NCBI GenBank assembly: GCA_029907465.1
Contig: JARYLV010000005.1
Location: 22,231-86,230, forward strand
Source: Methanomassiliicoccales archaeon
GTDB taxonomy: Archaea > Thermoplasmatota > Thermoplasmata > Methanomassiliicoccales > JACIVX01
Direction of reading: 5' to 3'
DNA: 64,000 nt
Made by a program: the position numbers and the translations under genes. The notes below the pieces were generated by a model. The model worked only from the letters and a program-made list of their open reading frames with translations. It was not told the origin of the DNA and ran no database searches. Of this stretch, positions 49,708-58,350 are shown in pieces. The stretch's first letter is position 1; each line of letters begins with the position of its first letter.

Positions 49708-50778
49708 TCATCGCTCAACGACTTTGCCGATGATGGGGACCACCTTGCCACATCTCATGCAGCGATGATCCCGCGAAAGCTCTCCTTTTATAACACGATA
49801 ATACGACCTTTTGATGAGAACTGCGCCACACTCCGGGCATACCGTGTTTTCATATGTACTCTCCGAAATATTCCCTAAATAGACGTATTCGATTCCCGCG
49901 TCTCTCGCAATTTCATAGGCGTTGTACATAACACTAAGATCCGTCGGTGGTTCTTTATACTTATATGCTGGGAAATACCTAGTGAAATGCAAGGGCGTCT
50001 CAGGACCAGCATTCTTGATATGCTCTTCAATCAACGATCGTATCGAGAATTCGTCGTCATTGACCCCCGTCACGAGAAGATTGACGATCTCAACGTGCAC
50101 TCCCAATTCTATGGCGAGACGGACATTTCTCCATACCTTATTTATATCGACGTTGCCGCAGAATTTCCGATAGACCTCTTTGTCACCCTTCACATCGATT
50201 TTTGCGCCAGTAAGACCGGCTTCTCTCAGAAGCATAAGAGCTTCAGGAGTCAAATAGCCATTCGTTACAAAGCATGAATACAATCCGCGTGCCCTCCCTT
50301 TCCTGAAAGCATCTAGAGCCCAATCGGTAAGAAGTGTCGGCTCCTGAAAACTTGCGCAAAGCCCATGATCCCCTCTTAATATGGCGAGGTTGACAATATC
50401 ATCCGGACTGGTGTAATCATCGACTTCTGGATCGGGAATTCTCCTTGAGAGATGATAATTCTGGCACCAAGGACAATTGAAATTGCAAGACCATGTGGAG
50501 AAGGTGAGAGCGGTTGAACCTGGCCAATAATGATACAACGGCTTGATTTCGATGGGGCGGCTTTCAATCGCGCTCAAATTGCCATAGACGAGGATGAAGA
50601 GTCGCCCTTCGATGTTTATCCTCGTCTTGCAGAATCCTCTCGCACCAGAAGCAATTACGCACCTTCTTTCGCAGAGTCCACAACGCACTTTAGAATCCCC
50701 GACCCGTTCATAGAGAATTGCTTCCCTCACCACCTGCTGTTTAAGAATCCGATCCAGATCTTTCTTATTATTCGTCAT
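49708..50778 (-). CDS. AmmeMemoRadiSam-system radical SAM enzyme (PflA-like activase fold)
   Basis: VRCGLCERRCVIASGARGFCKTR, SCNFNCPWCQN and a C-terminal CPECG...CMRCG zinc ribbon. Confidence 0.8.
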   Translation of the reverse strand: MTNNKKDLDRILKQQVVREAILYERVGDSKVRCGLCERRCVIASGARGFCKTRINIEGRLFILVYGNLSAIESRPIEIKPLYHYWPGSTALTFSTWSCNFNCPWCQNYHLSRRIPDPEVDDYTSPDDIVNLAILRGDHGLCASFQEPTLLTDWALDAFRKGRARGLYSCFVTNGYLTPEALMLLREAGLTGAKIDVKGDKEVYRKFCGNVDINKVWRNVRLAIELGVHVEIVNLLVTGVNDDEFSIRSLIEEHIKNAGPETPLHFTRYFPAYKYKEPPTDLSVMYNAYEIARDAGIEYVYLGNISESTYENTVCPECGAVLIKRSYYRVIKGELSRDHRCMRCGKVVPIIGKVVER

Positions 50779-51279
50779 CGATGAATATTCTCGTCATGTT
50801 CTTGAGCTAAATAAATTTGTCAATACTTGTCGATTGGTTTCGCTAGATTCCTGCGGCTCGATGAGCCTATCGATGTTAGGGAGACTAGAGACCTGGCAAG
50901 ATCCAAACTCCCATCAAATGAAGGGCCCTCATGAACGACACTAAATCGCAACGCTGAGATTTCGAACACAATGCCCTGGCAAATATCCCGTACTTTTTGA
51001 TTGTTAGTACACAGCAAGCGCCACAAAATATTAACTGGCATACAAGCATTTAGGCATCGAAGGATATCTATCGAAATAACCTTGTGCCGCATTTCAATAC
51101 AATCTATCTTCAACCATCGGTTAAGAGTGAGGTATACCGATTTCAGCAAAGAAAAAACCGGCTTCGCAGGAATTTTCTCCTGCATGAAGAACAAGTTCAT
51201 CCCGAAATATAATTTCCATTGCGGTGGAATTTATTCACAAAATTGTTTTTAGATTTAATGCTGCTTATGGAAAGATAGC

Positions 51280-51897
51280 ATGAGATCTTTGATTATTAAT
51301 TGCTATATGAACCCAAAAGAAATCAATGAGCTCTATAATGCAATTAAACCATTGAGTGATTGCCATATCTTACATTACGAAGAAATGGAAAACAAAGATC
51401 AATTGAAAGATTTTTTTGACGCAGTTATCATCAGCGGCTCTGAAGCGAGAATAGTTAATGAAAACCATAGAAAGAGGTTTGGTGCGATAATGGATTTAAT
51501 AAGGAATCTCGATATTCCGACATTTGCAATCTGTTTTGGACACCAATTACTCTGCTGGACGTTCGGTGCTGGCGTCTCATCCTTGTGCAAGCCTGTCAAA
51601 GATCAATTTGAAAGGATCAGGATCATTGAATTTGATGAGATATTTGATGGCTTCGAGAACAGACATATTGTGTTGGCTGAATGGCACAACGATTATGTGA
51701 TTAAAGAAGGGCTGAACGATTCGGGTTTTATTCTGCTTGCAGACTCCGAATCATGCGAAGTAGAGGCGGTCAAACACATCAGGAAACCATTTTATGGCGT
51801 TCAGTTCCACCCGGAACGAATCAGGATTAAGAATGAGGTTCATGGAGAAGGACATTTGCTTATCAAGAATTTCTATGACAAGGTAGTCAGGAAATAG
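51280..51897 (+). CDS. Class I glutamine amidotransferase
   Basis: AICFGHQLL (nucleophile elbow) and VQFHPE (His-Glu). Confidence 0.75.
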   Translation: MRSLIINCYMNPKEINELYNAIKPLSDCHILHYEEMENKDQLKDFFDAVIISGSEARIVNENHRKRFGAIMDLIRNLDIPTFAICFGHQLLCWTFGAGVSSLCKPVKDQFERIRIIEFDEIFDGFENRHIVLAEWHNDYVIKEGLNDSGFILLADSESCEVEAVKHIRKPFYGVQFHPERIRIKNEVHGEGHLLIKNFYDKVVRK

Positions 51898-52139
51898 GTA
51901 GACCCCATTTGACACAAATGGTCCTCAATCTTGTCTTCTCCAGCACTTATTCAAATTCAAGACGCACGTGTTTTCAAAAAAATGTATTCGTAGGTCTTTT
52001 CATAGCCCTCATTTTCACATATTTCAGTTTCTCCGTATGCTGCTCCGCATATGGGCGCGTCTCTTCTTTGTAAGCACTTCTTCTAAGCCTCAAAAACCAG
52101 ATAATCCAGGTCATTAACACTGTGGTATTTTCATTCTAG

Positions 52140-52252
52140 TGCGGGGGGAGGGATTTGAACCCTCGGACCCCTTCGGGACAGAATGCCTTACGGAAAGGCG
52201 CATGGCTTCCGTCTTAAGTCCTGCGCTTTTGGCCAAGCTTAGCTACCCCCGC
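52140..52252 (-). tRNA. tRNA-Leu (anticodon UAA), class II long variable arm, with a 28-nt intron at 37/38 (52185-52212)
   Basis: Hand fold of the reverse complement. Acceptor GCGGGGG/CCCCCGC. 3-bp D stem GCT/AGC. Anticodon stem CAGGA/UUCUG with loop CUUAAG|intron|A. Variable arm UCCCGAAGGGGU. T arm GAGGG-TTCAAAT-CCCTC. Discriminator A. Confidence 0.85.
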
Positions 52253-52390
52253 TCATACAAATTGAAACCTGGGATTCACTTGATGCGGCGATTGGCAGTT
52301 GAGTATTTCATCCTTTTGTGTTAACTTTTCTTATTAAAAAAACATTAATGAAAAAAAGAAAAAAATCACTTCCGCAAAGAACAATAGAAA

Positions 52391-53725
52391 CTAGAGGCCC
52401 TTTATTTTCCCCTTTAATTTCTCTGTAAGCAGTTCTTCTATCGTAGGATGACCAATCTCGCACAATTCATACCTCACCCTGACAACTGGTTTATTGACTT
52501 TGATGATCCTCCTTAGATCGACTGGTGTGCCAGAGACAACGACATCGCATTCAGCCCTGTTGATCGTCTCTTCGAGTTCTGAAATTTGGTCATTGCCGTA
52601 ACCCATTGCCGGTAACAACTTCCCAATGTGTGGGTATTCCTTGAATGTCTCAAGGATCGATCCGACTGCAAAGGGTCGCGGATCAATGATCTCACTGGCC
52701 CCATAGTCTTCTGCTGCAATCATACCCGCGCCATATCCCATGCCACCATGTGTCACTGTTGGCCCATCCTCAACAACCAATACTTTCTTTCCTCGAATCA
52801 TACTCGGATCTTCAACAGAGATCGGCGATGCCGCTTCAATTATGATCGCGTGGGGATTGATCGATTTGACATTTTCTCGCACCTTCAGTATATCATGTCG
52901 ATCCGCCGTCTGGATCTTGTTAATTATGATGACATCTGCGAGTCGCACGTTCGTTTCACCAGGGTGATAAGTGATTTCGTGTCCTGCCCTATGCGGGTCC
53001 GCAACAACAATATGGAGATCCGATTGGAAAAATGGGAGATCGTTATTGCCACCATCCCAGACGATGACATCAGCTTCCCTATCCGCCTGCTCAAGAATTT
53101 GCTTATAATCCACCCCTGCGTAGACGAGGATCCCTTTATCGATCAACGGCTCGTATTCTTCCCTCTCCTCGATCGTGCATTCGTTCAGATCCAAGTCCTC
53201 GTAACTCGCGAATCTTTGAACAACCTGTTTCCTCAGATCACCGTAGGGCATTGGATGCCTGACAGCAACAACCCTTAACCCCTTATTCCTCAGAATCGTG
53301 CATATCTTTCGCGTCGTCTGGCTCTTTCCTGACCCCGTTCTAACGGCGCAAACGCTGATGACTGGAACTTTGGATTTTAGAGTGATACAAGGATTCCCCA
53401 TTAACCTGAAATCCGCCCCTGCCGCCAAAACAATCGATGCTTTATGCATCACGTCAACGTGTGAGATATCGCTATACGCGAAAACAACTTGTTCGACGCC
53501 AAATTCTTTGATCAAATGAGGTAGTTCTTCCTCGGAGTAGATGGGGATCCCATCTGGATACAATTTCCCTGCGAGCTCTGGTGGATATCTCCGACCCTCA
53601 ATATTCGGTATCTGTGTTGCCGTGAAAGCAACAACTTCGTACGAGTCATTGTCCCGAAAGTACGTATTGAAGTTGTGAAAATCCCGACCAGCTGCGCCCA
53701 TGATGATGATCTTGCTGCGACTCAT
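52391..53725 (-). CDS. COG2403-type P-loop protein / cyclic 2,3-diphosphoglycerate synthetase-like
   Basis: IIIMGAAGRDFHNFNTYFRDN..YEVVAFTATQIP and VRTGSGKSQT (P-loop). About 440 aa. The assignment comes from memory of this family's N-terminus. Confidence 0.55.
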   Translation of the reverse strand: MSRSKIIIMGAAGRDFHNFNTYFRDNDSYEVVAFTATQIPNIEGRRYPPELAGKLYPDGIPIYSEEELPHLIKEFGVEQVVFAYSDISHVDVMHKASIVLAAGADFRLMGNPCITLKSKVPVISVCAVRTGSGKSQTTRKICTILRNKGLRVVAVRHPMPYGDLRKQVVQRFASYEDLDLNECTIEEREEYEPLIDKGILVYAGVDYKQILEQADREADVIVWDGGNNDLPFFQSDLHIVVADPHRAGHEITYHPGETNVRLADVIIINKIQTADRHDILKVRENVKSINPHAIIIEAASPISVEDPSMIRGKKVLVVEDGPTVTHGGMGYGAGMIAAEDYGASEIIDPRPFAVGSILETFKEYPHIGKLLPAMGYGNDQISELEETINRAECDVVVSGTPVDLRRIIKVNKPVVRVRYELCEIGHPTIEELLTEKLKGKIKGL

Positions 53726-53955
53726 GCTTGTCCCCCTCCCCCCTCCATCCTCGACTTCATGTACGCGAAAACCATTGTATCAAGATGAATAACGAATCTG
53801 ACCATATTTGACACTTCTGTGAGACCAGTTATCATAGCATCAGTGAAAAGTCGCTCACTTAATCAATCTCACTTGATCATTCTTCTTTGATTTGTGTGCG
53901 ACGAGAGCCCTTGATCGGGAAAGATATCTGTACTCTTAAGACGATCTGGTAAAGG

Positions 53956-54381
53956 ATGAGTTATCGGATCCCATCGGCAGAGATCCTGTCCGAGGCGATA
54001 AAAGAAGCACTGAGCAGTCGCTCAATGATACCGTCGCAGAAGGCACTCTCAAGTCTCGTCAATCAAAGATTGAAGGTCGTGGATTCTGCTTACACGGCGA
54101 CAGAAGAAAGAATCAGAAGGATCCTTATAGATAAAGGCCTTGGCAAAATCGAGATTCATGCAAGAGAAGGTGAGGAGAGGAGTAAAGCTGGTCGTTGTCC
54201 CGTCTGCAGCGGGAGGATGAAAAGAATCAGAAACCAGACGATTTTCGGAGGAACGGTCACACTCGGTTATAAATGCATGAAATGTCCGTACTGGACTGGG
54301 TTAAAGAGACGAATACCAATCCGTTATGTTTTTTATGGCGATGAACGCAGGGCTGGAAAAGCATTAGAAGCAGAAAGGTAG
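53956..54381 (+). CDS. Hypothetical protein with a C-terminal zinc ribbon
   Basis: 141 aa with CPVCSGRMKRIRNQ...YKCMKCPYW. Confidence 0.5.
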   Translation: MSYRIPSAEILSEAIKEALSSRSMIPSQKALSSLVNQRLKVVDSAYTATEERIRRILIDKGLGKIEIHAREGEERSKAGRCPVCSGRMKRIRNQTIFGGTVTLGYKCMKCPYWTGLKRRIPIRYVFYGDERRAGKALEAER

Positions 54382-54430
54382 GAAGTTCCGATCCAACCGT
54401 TTTCCCTTTGAGAGATCCAGTTAGACACTA

Positions 54431-54466
54431 CCTTTCGTCATGTCTGTTCCTTTCGTCATGTCTGTT
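54431..54466. repeat. Perfect 18-nt tandem direct repeat (CCTTTCGTCATGTCTGTT x2) upstream of cooT
   Basis: Read directly: 54431-54448 is identical to 54449-54466. It lies about 105 nt upstream of the cooT ATG and 50 nt downstream of the preceding gene. Confidence 0.95.
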
Positions 54467-54570
54467 TTATGGACTTTACATGGAGACTTTCAAAAGCTGG
54501 CGGAATGTTATTGATTCTCCATTTTTGGCGCTCAGAGAGGTTATATACGAATTCCATCAATTCCAAACAC

Positions 54571-54762
54571 ATGTGTGAATCATCGGTTTTTCTTGAAGAA
54601 AAGGATGAGGTCCGCGAAGTAATGAAGGATGTCACAAGGATCATCATGGACGGTCACAATGCGATCTGTGTCAATATCATAGGGGAAAGGATGATTTTGG
54701 AAAACGTGGTATTGAAAGAGGCTAATCTCCTCAGCCATGGTATCGTTTTCAAGAGGATGTGA
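54571..54762 (+). CDS. cooT: CooT-family nickel-binding protein
   Basis: 63 aa starting MCESSVFLEEKDEVREVM...; the N-terminal Met-Cys and beta-rich pattern match CooT. It abuts cooC directly. A TATA-like ggttatatac lies at 54537-54546. The track ORF starts further upstream at 54469. Confidence 0.7.
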   Translation: MCESSVFLEEKDEVREVMKDVTRIIMDGHNAICVNIIGERMILENVVLKEANLLSHGIVFKRM

Positions 54763-55572
54763 ATGGCGCTGAAAATCGCTGTCTCGGGTAAAGGAGGTGT
54801 CGGTAAGACGACCGTAGCTGGGATTCTGGCCCGACTCTTTGGAAGAGATGGAAAAGAAGTTCTCGTTCTTGATGCAGATCCAGCATCAAATCTTGCGAGC
54901 GCGATCGGCGTTCCAAAAGAGGTGGCGGAGAAAATTGTCCCCCTCTCGAGAATGCTCGATCTCATCGAGGAAAGAACGGGCGTCAGGCCAGGTTCTAGCT
55001 ACGGTGGCGTTTTCACAATCAATCCGAAGGTCGATGACATCTCGGCGAAGTACGCTGTAGAAGGAAAGGATGGTGTTAAACTCCTCGTACTTGGAACAAT
55101 TAGCACCGGTGGGGGAGGCTGTTTCTGCCCTGAAAGTGCGCTCCTCAAGAACCTCATACGTCACCTTGTTCTCCAGAAGAATCAGTATCTCATCATGGAT
55201 ATGGAAGCGGGACTCGAGCATCTCGGGCGCGCCAGTTCAAGGAATATGGATGTGATGCTTGTTGTTGTCGAACCAGGCATGCGATCGCTCGAAACGGCTG
55301 CCAAGATCAAGGAACTGGCAAATCAAATCGGAATCAAAAGAGTCGTGGCAGTTCTAAACAAGGCGTCATCACAAAATGATAAAAAAGTTGTTGAAGAGAC
55401 GCTAAATAAATCAGGATTGCCGCTTGCTACGACAATCCCATTCAATAGAATGCTGATAGAGGCTGACCTCAAAGGCGTCTCGCCTCTTGACGTAGAAGGG
55501 ACCGAGGACGTTGTTTTGGCCATTCGAAAATTGAAGGAGGAGTTGGAGAAAGAGGTAGCTATTTCCCAGTAA
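54763..55572 (+). CDS. cooC: CO dehydrogenase nickel-insertion ATPase CooC (AcsF-like)
   Basis: A deviant Walker A (IAVSGKGGVGKTT), a CxC nickel motif (GGGCFCPE) and IMDMEAGLEH. Confidence 0.85.
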   Translation: MALKIAVSGKGGVGKTTVAGILARLFGRDGKEVLVLDADPASNLASAIGVPKEVAEKIVPLSRMLDLIEERTGVRPGSSYGGVFTINPKVDDISAKYAVEGKDGVKLLVLGTISTGGGGCFCPESALLKNLIRHLVLQKNQYLIMDMEAGLEHLGRASSRNMDVMLVVVEPGMRSLETAAKIKELANQIGIKRVVAVLNKASSQNDKKVVEETLNKSGLPLATTIPFNRMLIEADLKGVSPLDVEGTEDVVLAIRKLKEELEKEVAISQ

Positions 55573-56341
55573 ATTTTGCATCCCTTTTCTCCAAAAAAGC
55601 TCTCATCCCTTCCTTTTGATCCTCCGTGGAGAAACAAATCGCGAAGCCTTTTGCTTCGAGAGCAAGCCCTGTCTCAAGATCAACATCAATTCCTTCATTG
55701 ATGAGCTGTTTAGCCATTCTTACTGCGATCTGCCCCCTTGAAGCGATCGTCTTTGCCAGATTCCTTGCTTCTTCCATCAGTTTCTCAGGGGGGACAACCC
55801 GATTGACGAGACCAATTCTCAACGCCTCCTGCGCGTCGATCATGTCGCCCGTGAAAATCAATTCCTTGGCTTTCATCTTCCCGAGAAGTCTCGGCATCCT
55901 CTGTGTGCCTCCAAACCCCGGGGGGATTCCAAGCTTCACTTCTGGTTGACCTATTTTTGCCTTTTCTGAAGCAATGACGATATCGCAGGCCATGAGCAAC
56001 TCACAACCGCCACCGAGCGCGTAGCCGTTAATCGCAGCGATCACTGGCTTTGACATCTTCTCGATGTAGAGGAAGACGCTATTTCCGAATTCTGAGAAGG
56101 CTTTGGCCTTTACTGGATCGAGTTCACTCATTTCCCCAATGTCCGCACCAGCGACGAACGCACGATCACCAGCTCCAGTAATGATGACCACGCTCACAGC
56201 GCTATCATTCTCGCATTCCATAAGCGCTTCTTTTAGGTCCCGGAGCACGTCGGTCCTCAACGCATTCAAAACCTTTGGTCGATTAATCGTAATGATCGCA
56301 ATCCCTTCGTCCTTTTCGAGAATTACATGTTCGTATGGCAT
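55559..56341 (-). CDS. Enoyl-CoA hydratase (crotonase family)
   Basis: ITINRPKVLNAL, FVAGADI, AAINGYALGGGCELLMACD and EVKLGIPPGFGGTQR. Confidence 0.85.
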   Translation of the reverse strand: MPYEHVILEKDEGIAIITINRPKVLNALRTDVLRDLKEALMECENDSAVSVVIITGAGDRAFVAGADIGEMSELDPVKAKAFSEFGNSVFLYIEKMSKPVIAAINGYALGGGCELLMACDIVIASEKAKIGQPEVKLGIPPGFGGTQRMPRLLGKMKAKELIFTGDMIDAQEALRIGLVNRVVPPEKLMEEARNLAKTIASRGQIAVRMAKQLINEGIDVDLETGLALEAKGFAICFSTEDQKEGMRAFLEKRDAKFTGK

Positions 56342-56809
56342 TTTTCTTTCCTCCGAGCAAAAATATTCTTGCCGGCATAAAGTCTTTCTTGATCTCCCTA
56401 TACGAGAATTTTCTCAAAACATGATGCTAACAAACCGATTAAAATGAGGAGCGAACCGCTTGAATGATGCATATGTCAATTGATAATAAGTTTCGAAGTT
56501 GAAATATCAAAATCAATTAAGGAGCTTTCATCAAAATTGAAACGAACTCAGTGGCAACTGAATCAAAGGGATGGCTGACAAACCAGCCCATGGGTTTCTA
56601 TAAATTTGGACGTCATTAGTCCATACTGTCCATAACAATTTTATGATATTTTTGGGGAACCCCCAATAAGTTGAGAATCATTAAATAGGTCTTTTAGCAT
56701 AGTAGCGCGCAATTCAGTTTCGCAATACCTAATAAGCTACAAAACTCATAAGGCCGCATCGGGAGGCTGAGAAATCAAAAGACCGATTCAAATGAGAGGA
56801 GAGAACTAG

Positions 56810-57346
56810 ATGATCGGTAAGGGATACTGCTACAAGGATAAAAGGATCAGCCCACTTCAATTCACAATGATGATCATGCTTCGCGAAAAACCGATGTATG
56901 GTTACGAATTACTGAAAAAATTGAGGGAGGAATTCAAGGGACTCTGGACTCCTCAAACTGGTTCAATTTATCCATCTCTCAAGAAACTTGAAAGCCACGG
57001 ACTCGTAAAATCTGAAACGAGACACGGTACCGATTATTACTACCTTTCAGACGAGGGAAATACCTTCGTTAGTGAGAGCCTCGCCAAGATTCCAGGCGAT
57101 ATCGAATTCATGATTCGATACCTGAACATACTGGCTCGTGCCGCTTCTAGTGTTCGCGATGAAAATCCAGAAAAGCATATTCGTGCTTTCCTCAACGATT
57201 TTGAACAGGACGTCTGCGATCCCAAGGAAAGACTAGAGGCTCTTAGAAGCATGAGGGAAATCCTCGTCTCGAAGCTTGCATCAGTACAAGCCAAGATCGA
57301 AGAAATCGAGAAAATGATGAAACCGAAAAGGGGTGAATCACCTTGA
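56810..57346 (+). CDS. PadR-family transcriptional regulator
   Basis: PMYGYELLKKL......GSIYPSLKKLESHGLV. It lies upstream of the ABC-2 exporter genes. Confidence 0.85.
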   Translation: MIGKGYCYKDKRISPLQFTMMIMLREKPMYGYELLKKLREEFKGLWTPQTGSIYPSLKKLESHGLVKSETRHGTDYYYLSDEGNTFVSESLAKIPGDIEFMIRYLNILARAASSVRDENPEKHIRAFLNDFEQDVCDPKERLEALRSMREILVSKLASVQAKIEEIEKMMKPKRGESP

Positions 57347-58350
57347 ACGCGGTTATTGAAGTCGAAAATCTCGTCAAGGTATACAATGGAACGATTCGTG
57401 CAGTCGACGGTGTGACATTTTGTGTTGAGAAAGGCGAAATCTTCGGATTCCTCGGTCCCAACGGGGCAGGCAAAACGACGACGATTTCGATTCTCACGAC
57501 TTTACTTAAACCGACGAGTGGTGTTGCAAAAATCCTAGGCCACGATGTCACAAAAGAACCTTACAAAGTAAGGAAACTCATTGGCCTTGTCCCACAAGAA
57601 CTGACTGTGGACGATGATCTAACAGGTCGAGAAAATATGCTACTTCAAGCGGACCTATACGGTGTCCCAAGGCGTGAAGCGATTGAAAGAATAGATGAGT
57701 TGCTCTCACTTGTCAACCTCGAAGATGCTGCAGATAGACTCGTCAAGACCTACTCCGGTGGAATGAGAAAGCGCCTTGAACTGGCAGAAGGACTCATTCA
57801 TCAACCATCCGTTCTATTCCTCGATGAGCCGACACTGGGCCTTGATGTGCAAACGAGAGCGGCTATATGGAATCATATCCGTGATCTGAAAAAGAAACAC
57901 AATATGACGATATTTATGACGACACACTATCTCGAAGAAGCCGACTCTCTTTGCGATCGCATCGCGATCATCGATCACGGACGAATCATGGCGCTGGACA
58001 CACCTGAAACACTTAAACGGTCGATCGGCGGGGATGTTGTTCAGATCAAGGTGAACAGTGATTCAGATCTAACAGACCTGATTCAAAATGTCGCAGGTGT
58101 CGTGAATGTAAAGAAAGAGGGGGACGAGTACAGGATTAAGGCCGTTAACGGTGAGAAAATCATACCTGCGCTACTCAAAGTGATCGTTGATCACGGCGTG
58201 AGTGTTGAAAGTGTGCACCTGGAGCGACCAAATCTTGATCAGGTATTTCTCGAGTACACGGGTAGATCGCTTCGGGATGCCGAACAAACTGGATCGATGG
58301 ACAAGTTTCAGCGAAGAGCTGCAGCACTTCAAGCAAGGAGGAGGAGGTAA
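57343..58350 (+). CDS. ABC transporter ATP-binding protein (ABC-2/DrrA type)
   Basis: GPNGAGKTTT, YSGGMRKRLELA and LFLDEPTLGLD. Confidence 0.9.
   Translation: MNAVIEVENLVKVYNGTIRAVDGVTFCVEKGEIFGFLGPNGAGKTTTISILTTLLKPTSGVAKILGHDVTKEPYKVRKLIGLVPQELTVDDDLTGRENMLLQADLYGVPRREAIERIDELLSLVNLEDAADRLVKTYSGGMRKRLELAEGLIHQPSVLFLDEPTLGLDVQTRAAIWNHIRDLKKKHNMTIFMTTHYLEEADSLCDRIAIIDHGRIMALDTPETLKRSIGGDVVQIKVNSDSDLTDLIQNVAGVVNVKKEGDEYRIKAVNGEKIIPALLKVIVDHGVSVESVHLERPNLDQVFLEYTGRSLRDAEQTGSMDKFQRRAAALQARRRR

Noticed and set aside
50820-51200. A 126-aa minus-strand ORF in the 500-nt gap between the radical SAM and GATase genes.
   Set aside because: It could be a real orphan gene. I see no motif, no clear promoter or RBS, and an overlapping plus-strand ORF of similar quality, so the support is too weak to call.
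52139-52324. A 61-aa plus-strand ORF.
   Set aside because: It overlaps the minus-strand tRNA-Leu.
52628-53278. A 216-aa plus-strand ORF.
   Set aside because: It is antisense to the COG2403/cDPGS-like gene and has no recognisable motifs.
54469-54570. The N-terminal 34-codon extension of the cooT ORF, as given in the track.
   Set aside because: CooT-family proteins begin with Met-Cys. The internal ATG 54571 gives MCESS... and has a TATA-like element about 30 nt upstream, so the extension is unlikely to be translated.
56652-56666. A small hairpin/inverted repeat TTGGGG-AAC-CCCCAA in the spacer upstream of padR.
   Set aside because: It is only a 6-bp stem, it does not resemble the PadR operators I know, and it has no supporting context.
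56766-56809. A CUGAGA-containing sequence before padR, reminiscent of a TPP riboswitch core.
   Set aside because: The rest of the TPP consensus (the pyrimidine-sensor helix and the ACCUGAUCUGGAUAAUGCCAGC-like arm) is absent.
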